NCBI RefSeq assembly: GCF_021869535.1
Contig: NW_026262679.1
Coordinates: forward strand, 41,106,001 to 41,170,000
DNA: 64,000 bases
Reading direction: 5' to 3'
Origin: Mytilus californianus
Lineage: Eukaryota
Numbering within the stretch: position 1 is the stretch's first letter; every line of letters starts with the position of its first letter. This document shows positions 22,884 through 36,050 of the stretch, one piece after another. Made by a program: the position numbers and the translations under genes. The notes under the pieces were generated by a model, which was given only the letters and a program-made list of their open reading frames with translations, did no database searches and was not told where the DNA came from.

Positions 22884-24600
22884 ATGGTCTCAGACAAGTG
22901 GGTACTTTCGATTTTACGGAGGGAATTGGAGCTTCAGATTTTGGAACAGCCTCCTCTTTCTCCTTTTCCAATCATTCTGTCAGTGACAAAGGACTCTCGA
23001 AAGAATCAGTTATTACAAGACGAAGTGAACATTCTAATTCAGAAGGGTGCGTTGGAGGAGGTAATTCCTGACCTACTTTTCATCTAGGGTTTTATTCCCG
23101 GCTGTTCTTTGTTCCCAAGAAGTACGGGAAAATGAGACCGGTTCTCTACCCTTCTGTTCTGAATCAGTATCGGGTGGTCCCACATTTCAAAATGGAAACC
23201 AACAGGTCAATCAGATCGACACTTCATTCAGAAATTTGGACAATCTCTCTAGATTTGATGGATGCTTTTATTCACATCTCGATTTCTCCCAAGTTTCGTC
23301 ATTTCCTGAGACTGGTTTGGGCAGACAAAGTGTACAGTTTCAAGGCTATGCCTTTTGGCCTTTCTACTGCCCCCTAGTTTTTACTAGGCTTTTCAGGCCG
23401 TGGTGTCTTATCTTCATACTCAGGCGCGGTACTCATTCACTCCTACCTAGACGATTCTCTAATCAAAAATCATTGCCGATCTCTTCTGGAGGAACACACC
23501 GTTTTGCCTATCCAATGACTCCTGAAACTGGGTTCTTTGATTTCATGGGAAAAATCAGAGATAATTTCCAGTCAAAATTTCATTTTCCTGGGTGAACATT
23601 TTCGGACAGATACGAGTCTAGTTCTTCCTTCAGAAGAGAAGGTATTCAAGGTACATCAGTTAGTCAGTGCTCTGATGCAGTTTTCAACTGTTCCAGCTCG
23701 TCTATTTCTTCAGCTGGTGGGTTTCTTGATATCTATCATGGACGTCATTCCACTAGGACGTCTACACATTCGTCCTATCCAGTAGTATCTGACGGAGTTT
23801 TGGCACCCAATTTCTCAGCTGTGGGAGGCACCTGTTCCAATTCTGCCTCGGTTGTTACCTCATCTTCAGTGGTGGCTTCAGAAGAAACATCTTCTGAAGG
23901 GAGTTTTGTTGGATCCTCCAGACACCAGTCTATCTCTGTTCACAGATGCGAGGTTGATGGGTTGGGGAGCTTATCTGGAGGGCAGAATAGCTTCAGGTCT
24001 TTGGTCAGGTGCTCAGTTGGAGGAACACATCAATCTTCTAGAGATGAGAGCTGTCTTACTTTCTCTCCTTCATTTTCAGGCTGTGATTCAGGGTCAGTCA
24101 ATACTGGTTGCCACGGACAACTCCACAGTAGTGCTTATCTTCAGAATCAAGGGGAACTCATTCCTTTTCTCTGTGTCATCTGAGCAAGGAAATTCTCATT
24201 CTGTATCACAGTCTCGATATAATTCTGTCAGTGAGAATGTTCCAGGCAGTCAAAATCTTCTGGCGGATACTCTTTCCCGTTCGCGTGTTCCAGTGAACAC
24301 AGAATGGGAACTTCATCCGTCAGTGTTTCAGGAGATCACTCTTTGTTGGGATCGTTCTCATATAGATCTGTTTGCCACCAGTCTGAATCATAAGTTGGAG
24401 ACTTACGTTTCCCCCATTCCAGACGCAAAAACTTTGGCCGTAGATGCTATGACCCTATCTTAGAAGGGGATGTTCAGTTACATGTTTCCCCCCTTTCGTC
24501 CTCTTCCCAAGATCTTGCACAAAATTCAGAGGGATCTTTGCAAGACCATTCTTATTGCTCCGGCTTGGCCAAGGCAGTCCTGGTTTCCAGAACTACTTCT
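22884..24600 (+). pseudogene. DIRS ORF2: reverse transcriptase, RNase H and N6-adenine methyltransferase-like domain
   Basis: LDLMDAFIHI, MPFGLSTAP, YLDD (about 23445), LFTDARLMGWGAYL, HINLLEMRAV, ATDNSTVV, DLFATSLNHKL and SYMFPPF motifs across frameshifted segments. Confidence 0.92.
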
Positions 24601-24699
24601 TCTGCGTTTCGACTTCCTCTAAGGTACGATCTACTTTCTCAGTTCAAGGGAAGAAAGATTCATCAGGGTCTAAAGAATCTCCATCTGCACGCTTGGTTA

Positions 24700-25680
24700 C
24701 TGTCAAGAATTCCCTCAGAAAGGGAGGCTTTTCTGAAGGAGCAACCAAGCGTATTGCAGGGTCAGCCCAGGCAATCTACAGGAGCCGTTTATTACTCCAA
24801 ATGGTCTATTTTTCTTCTTGGTGTCAGTCGAAACAGATTGATCCTCTCTCAGTTACTGTGCAACAGTTAGCGGATTTTTTCGTTTATCTTTTTGAAGAAA
24901 AAGGTTATACTCCGTCTACTATAAAGGGATATAGATCTGCCATAGCCAGAACTATATGTCTTTCAGGAGGCTCAGAATTTGGTGATAATGAGTTTTTGTC
25001 CTTGTTGATTAAAAACTTTTGTCTTAATAGACCTCGTCAAAGGCGTTTGGTTCCTTCTTGGGACTTAGGTTTAGTCTTGAAGGTTCTTCAGTTTCCGCCT
25101 TTTGAACCTTGCATTCAGCCTCCTTCAAACATTTATCTTATAAATGTTGTTTTCTTATAGCTTTGGCTACTGGTCGTAGAAGGAGCGAGATTCATGCCTT
25201 GTCTATTTCTGAGTCTTGCCTCTGCTTTGTGTCTGCTAAGACCTCAGTTACACTTCTTACTGATCCTTCTTTTCTAGCTAAGAATCAATTACCTGATAAA
25301 GGTTCTGGGTTAATCACTATTCCTGCCTTACCTGCTTCTACAGGTAATCAGATTTTGTGTCCTGTGAGAACTTTGCTTTTGTGCCTAGCTTCGTCAGCAA
25401 AATTAAAACCTGCCGGTTCTTCTAGGTTGTTCATTCCTATTAAAAAAACAATTTCTGACATTTCTGCTAAAACCATGTCTACCTGGATTTGCAATATTGT
25501 TATGTTGCCCTATAAGTCTGCTTCATCTGAAGTTTTAGCTAAACACCAAGTTAAAGCTCATGAAGTCAGAGCCTTAGTCTCTTCTTGGAATATTTTTAAT
25601 TCCTCCTCTATGTCGGAAATCATGTCAGCTGGTTTTTGGAGGTCAGATAGTGCCTTTTAGAACCATTATTTACGATCTAT
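24700..25680 (+). pseudogene. DIRS ORF3: tyrosine recombinase with phage-integrase-like N-terminal domain
   Basis: PSTIKGYRSAI, LATGRRRSEI, HEVRAL, GFWRSDSAF*NHYL (catalytic R-H-x-x-R-W-Y pattern, interrupted by a stop). Confidence 0.92.
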
Positions 25681-25787
25681 GCCTCTTCATTGTGACAACC
25701 TCTATTCTTTAGGACCTTTGGTTGCTGCTTAACAGGTTGTTTTTTCTCCTCCTAGTGAGGGGGATTCAGTGCTTCGTTAAATTCTGT

Positions 25788-25872
25788 TTTATGAAGGTGA
25801 GATATTTAATGTAATAAAAATCGAATTTTTAGAATAAAAATTTAGTTTTGTAAATTAAATACTCACCTTCAT
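25788..25872 (+). repeat. DIRS internal complementary region (ICR)
   Basis: First half TATGAAGGTGAGATATTTAATGTAATA is complementary to the left terminus; second half TTTTTAGAATAAAAATTTAGTTTTGTAAATTAAATACTCACCTTCAT is complementary to the right terminus. Confidence 0.9.
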
Positions 25873-26803
25873 CAGTCAGAGGTCCCGCCCCCTCCCCTTC
25901 ATCCCCCTTGGTGCCTGGCAATTCAAGGAACAAATGATGAAGGTTTATGGCGCGCATGCGTCAGGTGGGGGAGGTTGTCACAAGGGTACAGTTCTTTTTT
26001 CTGGCTGGTTTCCAGTTGAATAATGCAGCGAGTGGACTGATATCTAAATTTATGAAGGTGAGTATTTAATTTACAAAACTAAATTTTAATTCTAAAAACA
26101 CTTTCATTCCCACGATCCGATGAGTATATGAGTTAATGTTTGGTAATGATGACAATAAAATTGTTTCACTATATAATCTATTTAGTTTACTACTTACAAG
26201 GTTTTTTATATTATGATTTTATGGCAAAATGCAAGTTTGCAAGCAGATCTCTTGATTTGTTGAGTGCCAGATATAAATCAAATATATTTTTTTATTATCA
26301 ATCTACGTGTATAAAGGTTTATGACACACTTGTATTGTCAGTCATAAGATTGTGGTGCTTCCATTTTGGGAAATCAGAGACATTTCTTGCATAAATGTGG
26401 TTAAAAATAAAGCAATGCGATTTTTTTATGGGTGTATGAACATAAACACCAAACTTATTTCTTCATGAAGATAGTGACTAAGTGGACTGCAATTTAAAGC
26501 AATGGACAGCTGTGTTAAGACCATTGCCAAAATTTTATCAAATAGATGACGAAAAAGTGAACAAAGAATAATTTATGTGGTCATATATGTATAAAAAAAC
26601 TAGAAAAATGAAAGACGGGTGTTTTACAGTAATGGCAAAGTTTTAAGAATATAAACATTAATGCAACTGTAATATATCGTGAATTCAAAAGATATTCAAG
26701 GATATTTAATATTTAGCTTAGATTTATATAAAGATGAGTAGTTTAATAATTTGGCTTCAAAAATGTCAAACTAGATCGATAAACTGTTTAAAACCGAATT
26801 TAA

Positions 26804-27193
26804 GGATGTAGTCATTTCAGGTTTAGAAATTTTGTCAGATGTTCTGACTCCTTGGGTTTTTCCCTACGATACAGGGTAAAATATTTTGCCCCATATCACC
26901 CGCTTTTCTTTTCATAGAAGATTTCAATAGCTCATAAAAGGTCATTTCTAAAATTTAAGCAGATTCTAGATTTCTTTTCTTCCGATTTGAGACCCAAATA
27001 ATGCCAACCCCAAATATAAGGTACAAGTCTGAGTCAGCCTTTTCCCGCCATTCTGTTTAAATCAAATATCTCGAAAAGGAGTTCCATAATCTATCAATAT
27101 TTTTAGCTTATTTTGTTCCATAACTAATGCTCTTCTGATTTATAGTATCAATTTCAAATTCCAGATTTTTTTTAATTTCACATAACTACATCC
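26804..27193. mobile_element. 390-bp MITE with TTAA TSD and GGATGTAGT TIRs (Kolobok-like termini)
   Basis: TTAA|GGATGTAGT...ACTACATCC|TTAA. Confidence 0.8.
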
Positions 27194-27399
27194 TTAAAGT
27201 GGAAAATTATGTTTGTGAAAATACTCCGAGGGAAATAGTTTACGAGTGCTCTCTGCAAAGTTCCAGTATATGGTATCGCATCTTTAAAATTCAAACGGGA
27301 AGGTATCAGGAGTGTGCTTTCGTTGTAAAACTAATACAGAATAGAGGATATGAAAAACATGTTATTTTGAGTTGCCGTAATATACAAATGTTATATTAA

Positions 27400-28180
27400 T
27401 GTCATGTTGAATCTTTTTGCCATGGTTTTTATACTTATATCAGAAAAAAATAAATTTATATTTTTATTCAGCGATGAAATGTTTATTTTTACACTACCGA
27501 AATCTTCTTTTATCTTTTATTGGGAGGAAATATTATCTTGATGATATTTTTCGTTAAATAATCAAGAATTTTCTATATACACTGCCGAAATTTACCCAAA
27601 GGAACTCACTGGAAAATAATCAAATACTAACAGCAATAACTGTCCTTTCCTAGATTTAGATATTTCAGTTTTACACGAGAAACTCTACACTAAAATTTAC
27701 GACAAAAGGGACGATTTTTCCCTATTGTATATTTTCCTTTTTTGGACAGTGATGTTCCTTTGACACCATCTTACGGTGTTTATATATCACAACTCGTTCG
27801 CTATGCCCGTGTCTGTTGTGACGTTTTGGATTTCAATGAGCGTAATATATGTATAACTGGTAAATAATTCAGTCAGGGATTCCGTTACCACAAATTACTT
27901 AAAACCTTTACCAAATTCTTCCATAGATACAAAGATTTGGTTTGCAAGTTTGGCTGTACCTTTAGAAAACTTATTTCAAACGGAATAGCACATCCTAATT
28001 TTTACGGTGGTGTTGTTAACCGAACCCGAAAATTTAGATACGATATTGGTAAACACACAATCCTTTAAGTAAATTTATTCTTAAAGGTTACCAATTCAAT
28101 ACTGTAATTAGATCTTTGAATATTGTTTTTATTTATATAAATATTGCTTTCGTTATCAGTAAATTAAAACCACACTAATA
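27400..28180 (+). mobile_element. Penelope-like retroelement RT C-terminal fragment, decayed
   Basis: Translates with frameshifts as YLDDIF...EIYPKEL...PFLDLDIS...TKIYDKRDDF...PSYGVYISQLVRYARVC; followed by repeat-family sequence to about 28900. Confidence 0.75.
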
Positions 28181-30372
28181 TCATTGTTATACATATATAC
28201 ACTTTCACGGTACTACAATCTGTCGATCCCTATATTTTGGCATTGCACAAGGTCATGTTTTTTTCTCTGACTTGTAATGACGTCTTTATACTAAATCCAA
28301 TGGGTGTTGGATGTGTACTGATTGATTTCTTTAGTCTTTGATACATAATTGTTTTTTAATTAATTGTGTAATTGGCTTTGAACTAGCTGTTAGTAACTGC
28401 GAGTACTCTCAGATCTGTACTTTATGTCTTTTTTGTTGTTATGGGTGTATAAATATCCTGCTACGTCCGGTTTGTGTTTTTCTTAAATGTTTTTTCTGCT
28501 TTGAATCGATCTGATGAGTTAGTCCCTTTTTAACTGATCTTTATAGTTTGTTCCTATGTTGTGCTGTAAAACCACTGTCAAGGTTAGGGGAGAGTTGAGC
28601 TTAAACCACACCGCATTCTGTAAATGCCTGTCCAAAGTCAGGAGCCTGTAGTTTAGATGTCGTTGGTTCATGTCGGTCATGTTTGTTTTTCGTAAATTGT
28701 TTTGTTATAAATCATGGGGCCGTAAGTTTTCTCAATTGAATTTATTCATATTTCTCATGCCTTTTATTGCCGACTGCACGATACGGGTTTTTCTCATTGT
28801 TGAATGCCGTACGGTTGCCTATAATTGCTTACATACACTTCATTTGAACTTTGGCGGATAGTTGATCATATATAGTTGTCTCATTGGCAATCATACCACA
28901 TCTCCTTATTTTTAAAATGTATATTATAATCTAAAACTGTGCTTTTTATATGTATTATGTTTATATGTGTATTAGTAATATAACTCTTTTAAGAGTGGTT
29001 CTTGAATTTCTATTGTGTGTATTTGTTTTATAAGAGATGACACTTAATTAAAATGTTGTCTCACAATTTGTGAAAACTTTATGAAGTGGTTAATTTAAAT
29101 GAATGTCACAATTATTTAAGACTCCTAAGCACTATAATGTTTGTCTCGTTTATTCTTACCTTTGATACATATTTACGGGTATTTTTATTTGGGTTTATTC
29201 CTTGGACAGTAGACCTTTTGTGCCAATTGCTATTTCTTAGATATATAATTTGCGCCAAATTTTAGTTATCAAAGGTATCAATTTCGCCAGAATTCGGAAT
29301 TCATTTGCGCCAAATTACCTGATTGAATATTTGATAATTAGCTTATGATATGATACCTTACGTACACTATAAATATGGAACAGTAATCAGGACAATACGG
29401 TGCCGTATAACAACAAACAAATGTCCTGTTATTGTATAAGCAGATGAACATATATATACGAGACGAACCCGAGCAGATAAGAGCACAAATTATTTCAAAT
29501 GGCCTGTAAAACAAAAACAAAGAGACCATCAACAATCATTTTTTAGGTGTTGTTCAATTTTGTGGAACTGTTCTCTCTAAACGAGGCATCGGATTTAACG
29601 TCTGACTGAGAATTTATACTTCCAGCACAAGCAAACGGACGCCCCACTTTGGCAAGGGTTTTACTGCCGTTCTGAAGAAAACTAAGAGTGACAATATTTC
29701 TATTCGCCAGTCACCCTTGAGGTCTCCTAATTCTAGTATTTTTTTAATATGCTTTCACTGAGCTGTCATCGAGACCTGATTGGGTTTTTTTTACCAATCT
29801 TTCAACAACAACAAAAATGTCTTCATTTCTAACAAACAGAAATAAAAGAAGATATCTATTCATTGCAAAACAATGGTAATTTTACCTTGAGTTTTAATAG
29901 GAAGACTAAGCGATTTTTCCTCATTAATTTCAAGTTTTCATATCATTTCACTTATTATTCCATTCCATTTCTATTTAAATTTCTATTGAAAGATGGGATA
30001 TTTTTAAGGTGCAAAATAATATTAAACTGCCTTTTCTAATAATTAAATGTTGTTCTTAAACAACATTCATTCACTAAAACAACATCTTTTCAATTTATTG
30101 TGTTGGCATTCTATGTTTTATAAAATGTAGGCATTCCAGGAAGACACTGTTATCTGAACGCTAACTGTACTTGAACTTTATCCAGGTTTATTCAATTGAT
30201 TAATTGAATGCATAATAAGTGTTTCTGTTTTTATATGTGTCATTATTTTCCTATAATCATATTATGTACTCAACGCAGCTTAAATCATTTCCTTACCACG
30301 ATTTTTATATTATTTATAGGAATAGTGAGTAAAGTTGGTACATGAATTCTTATCTTACACCTTTTTATAGAA

Positions 30373-30424
30373 ATGCACAAAATAACAGAAAGCGTATTAT
30401 TGTTTATGGCATTATCTTATCAAG
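30373..30424 (+). CDS. V-set Ig receptor, exon 1 (signal peptide start MHKITESVLLFMALSYQ)
   Basis: ATG at 30373; CAAG|gtaagt donor, phase 1, compatible with exon 2. Confidence 0.7.
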
Positions 30425-31390
30425 GTAAGTAATAAATGGTACATAATGCTCGTTTTCCTTAATTTGATCACACCAAAAAAAACGCTAAAAACAAATGCTT
30501 CCTTATTACATTTTGAACAAACTTTTAAAGAGAAGGATGAACTATTATAGAAAGTAAAAATCAACCCAGAGTTGTATTAATCTATATATATTTTTTTAAT
30601 TAATTTTAAGATATAATGATAAACTTTAAATAACACTGTGAAGAACACCAAATGCGGCGGTGCTGGCTAATAGATATAAGAAGATGTGGTATGAGTGCCA
30701 ATGAGACAACTCTCCATCCAAGTCACAATTTGTAAAACTAAGTATTGATGTGAAGCGAAGAAGAAACGACCTGGGAATTTTGAAACACTTTCAAACTCGT
30801 CAGTTAATAACAAAGTTCCGTATGATTGATCACAATTTAGAATAAAAATTAGGCAGATATAAAAAAAAATCCTAGAGGTCTAAGAACTTGCTAATTTGTA
30901 AATTTTAAATGATGAAATCAAAAAAGTCCCCCTTTGTAAGCTAAGATCACGATTTCTCAAAGCTGAATACAGATATATCAAAAACAATCAAGACAGCAGA
31001 ATCATGTTTTATTTATTGATAAATGAATGGGAAGAAATTACCTGGAAAAGATAAACATACGGAAATTGTTATATATGGCCTAAAATGGCCATTTAATTTA
31101 TAGTGTTTTGAATACTAATTTCTCTAATTTTTGTGCTATTTTCACTTTTCCTGAGAAAAATATTTCTCCTCACTAGTGAAATATCTGTTCTCAGCAAATG
31201 ATTGGTCGAAATTTAATTATGACGTTAATTTTTTTTTATTTCTCCTGAAACTCCTATTGTGACGTCATGAAAAAAGGCGACCCTGCCTGATGTCAGTGAT
31301 GACGTCTCATATAAAGAACACAACTTTCTGCAAATCTTCGTAAAGGAAGGATAAAAATCATTAGAGAAACAGATTCCACCACTATAACTC

Positions 31391-31516
31391 GTGTATTACG
31401 ATATTTCTCCACTCTCAACAGTTAAATTTTACAGTAATTATTTAAAAAGCTCGGCAAGCCTCGCGCTTTAAATATTAAAATTTAACTGTCTCGAGTGGAG
31501 AAATATCGTAACACAC
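31391..31516. repeat. Palindromic core of a hairpin-type MITE (centre GCTCGGCAAGCCTCGC)
   Basis: GTGTATTACGATATTTCTCCACTC...AACAGTTAAATTTT and its reverse complement on the other side. Confidence 0.7.
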
Positions 31517-31720
31517 TTGTTGTAGTGATGGAATCTATATATATGTGCCAAGGTTTTACCCAATATTTTACCCACATTGATTACTTTGTGTAAGACGTTT
31601 TGCAGCAAAATTTTCATGGTATGGACTTCTCCTTTTTTGAAAATTCTAACATTACAGACCAATAACTTAAACATTTGGGTTTCAAATTGGCATTTTCTCA
31701 TCGTGTATGGCATCTTTTAG

Positions 31721-32026
31721 GTTTCTTATTACTAGTACATGCAAGGACAGAAATGGTAGGACGAGTGGGAGAAACGGTTATCTTACGATGTCAGACCTTC
31801 GGGAATCAAAGTCAATGGATACGGGATGATATTGTTTACGGTGATCGAAGGAATATTAATATCAATTTACCTAACAAAGACAAGTTAAAGATAGTGGGGA
31901 ACATACAAAGGGGAGAATACAATTTGCAGATAGAGAATGTTTCAAGAGCAGACGCTGGAGTATACAGGTGTATCAAAACTATAGATAGACAAGTTAATAC
32001 TACTGAAGTCCTTTTGAATATCGTTG
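31721..32026 (+). CDS. V-set Ig receptor, exon 2 (canonical Ig domain)
   Basis: Acceptor catcttttag, donor G|gtttgt, 306 nt, phase 1-1; VGETVILRC...W...YNLQIENVSRADAGVYRC has both cysteines, the Trp and D-x-G-x-Y-x-C. Confidence 0.9.
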
Positions 32027-35024
32027 GTTTGTATATGCATAATTTGATTTGTTTTGATTGAAAGTACTAAATGATTGTTTTAGGTGAAACTTATATATAT
32101 GTATACATATATATATATATATAATAAAAACTATAACACAATTTTCCATACGTTTCGGCCATTACATTACATTATATATATATACAAGTCTAAATTGAAA
32201 ACAACGTTCAAACCTATGATTGCGTTGGATAAAAACCGCAATTTTTATACGTGTGCATGCAATACAAATTTCTTGGTAGAGGGGTCTAAATACAGCACAA
32301 ACAACTTTTTCCAAAAGACCAAAAAAATGAAAAAGTATATATATATTTGTATTGAACAATTGCATTGCACTTGAATTCACGTCAGTCCATGTCAGTCTAT
32401 ATGATAAATGCATGTCATAATTATTGGTTTGTTTTACTAAACGTATAAATGCAAAAAAAAATGTTGTTGTAGACATAAGTTGCAAATAAACCAATCATAT
32501 ATACGGTTAAAATCCTAAATTCCTTACCTTCAAATATATTGCCGACATCTTAATATTAAAGATATATTTGCACTGATAGAATAAAATATAATAGTATTCA
32601 GCGAGTCTTGCATCTTTGAGCAAAACTAACCTTTTTGAATGTGAGCCTTTTTTATGTTGAATAGATATAAGAAGAAGTGGTATGAGTGCCAATGAGATAA
32701 CTCTCCATCCAAGTCACAATTGCATTGAATAAGTCATTTTTCAATTTTGTGTAGTTGTTGATGTTTTACTTCCTACTGCTGACCTTTTAATTCTCAGATT
32801 TTTTTTCCGCCAACCTTTAAATGCTGAAGATTGGGGACCGTTTTTTCGTAGAGAAAATGTTAATTTTGAGAGACGTTTGGGACATCAAGTTGCAACTTAG
32901 GTTCGTTTTCCATTCTTCTAATCTCAGAAACTGTTAGTCTTAGGTACATTATGAGAATAATTTAATGTGTCCTTTAGAATTACATGACTATCAATGGTTA
33001 CAAATGAACATTGACCTTTGACCATAAATTTTCATTTCTGTAAACTAAGAAACCGTAATAGATACAAAAAGAAAATGGAAAATGTGTCTGGCTTTAAGGT
33101 ACGACTTTCTTATGTTTTGACTGAGGCCTATTATAATTAATGCCTTGATAAGTTTTAATTGTACACATAAGTGATTACAACTCAAGCTGATACAGTAAGT
33201 TATAAACCCATAAGGTCTACACCAATTAATCATAAATATTTTGTTTAAAATCAAGGGTGCTCGCTTTTCACATTGCCACATTTTCTTTCTATTTTGAACC
33301 CCTATGTTGACTTTGGTATAGACATATTTTGAATTAGACTTATTACATACTAAGGGGGCATTTGTTTGACTAAATACTCAGCCACGTTCAATCGGAAAGG
33401 AAGCGTTAAATCTGAAGCTTTTTTTTAACAGATTTTCATTCATTTCTTCCCTTACATATCATATTAAACATTTCATACCAAAATTTATATTTTTTTCATA
33501 TTTTATATTGACGCATATAACTCATTTGAATGCAGTTAGTATTTTGACGATTATTACATTGAAACATAATTGTTCATAGAACAAGTGAAGATATCTCTAT
33601 CCTCAAATTCACAATTTTTTCTTATCTAAAGTTTATCAATTTATTTTCTAATGAAAACCGGTTTAAGCCAACGGTGTCAGAAGATATCTTCTAGAAACTA
33701 TATGAACACACTTGGTCAATTAAAGGATTGATGCGAGGTCCTCTACAAATGATCCTCACTTGTTTCTGATTGGACGAACAACACTTTCTACCAAAGGCAA
33801 ATTGATTTTTGATTCTGGTTGTCCGATTTCCAAAAATATTCTTTTTGGTAGTAAAATACGAAATGCTTTTGAATTAACACGATTGATGATGAGGAGTGAC
33901 TCTCTTCATTCGATCTTTATCAAATGTTGATCGGCTGGCAAATATAGTGACATTCGTGGCACATAGTTTCCATTGAAATCCTACGGGCAGTGTTTTCATT
34001 GTTTTCTTTCAACTGCATTTCCAATATGAAGTGTTATGAATGATGTAGGAATAGTTTCTCTGCGAAGGATCTACATGTGAAACGGAGCTGAGAGGTTAAT
34101 GTCCCAATTATGCCCTACTTTTACCTTTTCTCACACACAAAGAAAACACTTATGACTATTGTTATATTTCGTTTCAACCAAAGAAATCCAAGTGAGCGAT
34201 TCTGGCTGTTATGAGTCCTAGTTTCGGTTTAAAGAATTAATGTTAAAACACAGAACTTTCTGTTGACCTTTGACCTGAATCTTAATTTCAAGGTCATATG
34301 CCATCAATTGCAAATGAAAAGACTTCATGTCTCTATGATGTAATGTTACATGCTATTGCCTATGACTTATTTCAAATACCTATAGGGAGAAAACTATATG
34401 GAGACAATGGACTTCTTCGACACAAGTGTATTGCAGATGCGACATGTGGCAATGCATTAAATCATCAAAAATAACTTTTGCTGATATGTCTTTAAGTATC
34501 TGGGAAGTATCAATAACTAACTAAAGCTCAAAATCTAAAACGTGACCTTGTTTTATATATCACAAACACAAATCCAAGCATTTGGAGTAACATAATATCC
34601 TAGGTATTTACGAGTCTATCTTTTGAAGAAATTTTTATATGGAGTGTCGTATCCACTTCATGAGGAAAATGAACTCTGTGAAGTTGCTCCTGTTGGAATG
34701 ATTTTACATAAACGTAGAGAATTACAATGGAACTTGAAGTCATCTTTATTGTTTCAAATTTTAACTCCCAGGTACAGAGTACAATAAAAAAAAAAGAAGA
34801 TATAATTGGGACATTCTAAAGTCATAAGTCGAGAGAAACTGACAAATTTATGGCAAAAACAATGAAAGACGACGAAGAGATGTATACAACTTCACAAGAC
34901 ACTACATAGAAATAAAGACTTAGCAACACAACAACCAACAAAAACTGCGAGTGATATCAGCTGTTTTGGAAAATGAAAATTATAATTATTCTATAATGAA
35001 TATATTACCATTATTTTTGAATAG

Positions 35025-35105
35025 ATAGCATGGATGGTATAACAGACAATAGTACAGTTTATATTGTCACAGAAACAACATTAGCCGAAACCCATATTGA
35101 TGCAG
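35025..35105 (+). CDS. V-set Ig receptor, exon 3 (Thr-rich stalk DSMDGITDNSTVYIVTETTLAETHIDA)
   Basis: ttttgaatag acceptor, GCAG|gtaatt donor, 81 nt, phase 1-1. Confidence 0.7.
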
Positions 35106-35610
35106 GTAATTACATTCTTTTCGATGATGTAGATTTTATAAATAGGGCGTGTTTTTCAAAACTAAATTATGTTTGATAGATTATAAATTGGAATGTGTCT
35201 GTAAAGGTTAACCTGGGCAATTTTTAGAGCATATTCTAAAACATTATTTTACCAAAATCTGTAAAACATTTTTAAAATGTACAAGATTGTGACGAAAGAA
35301 TAACGAATGAGTGAATCAGACTTAATACATAAAAGCCTTTTATAACTTACTCTACGGTATCGGTTTTACTAAATGTTACGTACGGTGACGTATAGTTCGT
35401 CCGTTTTTGATAGTTGTTTCATTTGCAATCATTCCACACCCCTTCGATTTTATATTAATCTTTAACTTTAGCATTTTTTGTTCCTATCTTATCTACGAGA
35501 TAAAAAAAAAATTAGAAGAATTATTTTTTCTCTGAGACTTACAATATTTGCAAAATGTACATGTTTGAACCATTTGTCACTGTAATGTTTCTCGATACTT
35601 TTATTTTTAG

Positions 35611-36050
35611 ATATAACACTTGGAACGATTTTGTCATATGTGACTTCGATAAGTGTAATTATTTTGGTGATTTTCATTGCAACAGTAATACATCTTTGTG
35701 TTACAAGAAGGTTTCATACGGGAAAATATTGTCTTAAGATGTCAAACAATTACAACGACGAAAATAACGACGACCGAATAGATGCTTATGAACTTATTGA
35801 TAAAAATGTTTCAATCAATACAAACCGAGACGTGGAAAACAGAAGCGAAAAGACAATAAATAGCACCACTATTGACACTACAATGATCAGTGACAATACC
35901 AAAGTCAAAGAAATTTTAGAAATGACAACAGACAATGTAATGCTACCAGTTAGAAGTGTTAATGTCAATCAGGATGGTACCGGGAATTCTTACCTACTGT
36001 TACAGGATAACAGGCAGTCGGAACCAAATCATTATAGTATGTGTACATAA
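35611..36050 (+). CDS. V-set Ig receptor, exon 4 (TM helix plus ~110-aa cytoplasmic tail)
   Basis: ttatttttag acceptor, phase 1; ILSYVTSISVIILVIFIATVIHLCVTRR then a tail with YELI, YLLL and YSM; the four exons sum to 879 nt (292 aa plus stop). Confidence 0.82.

Larger units (their letters stand above)
20946..26098 (+). mobile_element. DIRS1-type tyrosine-recombinase retrotransposon, complete architecture but decayed
   Basis: Inverted terminal repeats (about 20952-21085 vs 25937-26070), internal complementary region (about 25788-25872) matching both outer ends, and gag-like, RT, RNase H, methyltransferase and YR coding remnants with stops and frameshifts. Confidence 0.95.

Noticed and set aside
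28511-28545. CTGATGA followed by a short stem, suggesting a hammerhead
   Set aside because: No GAAA after the putative stem II and no stem I/III pairing.
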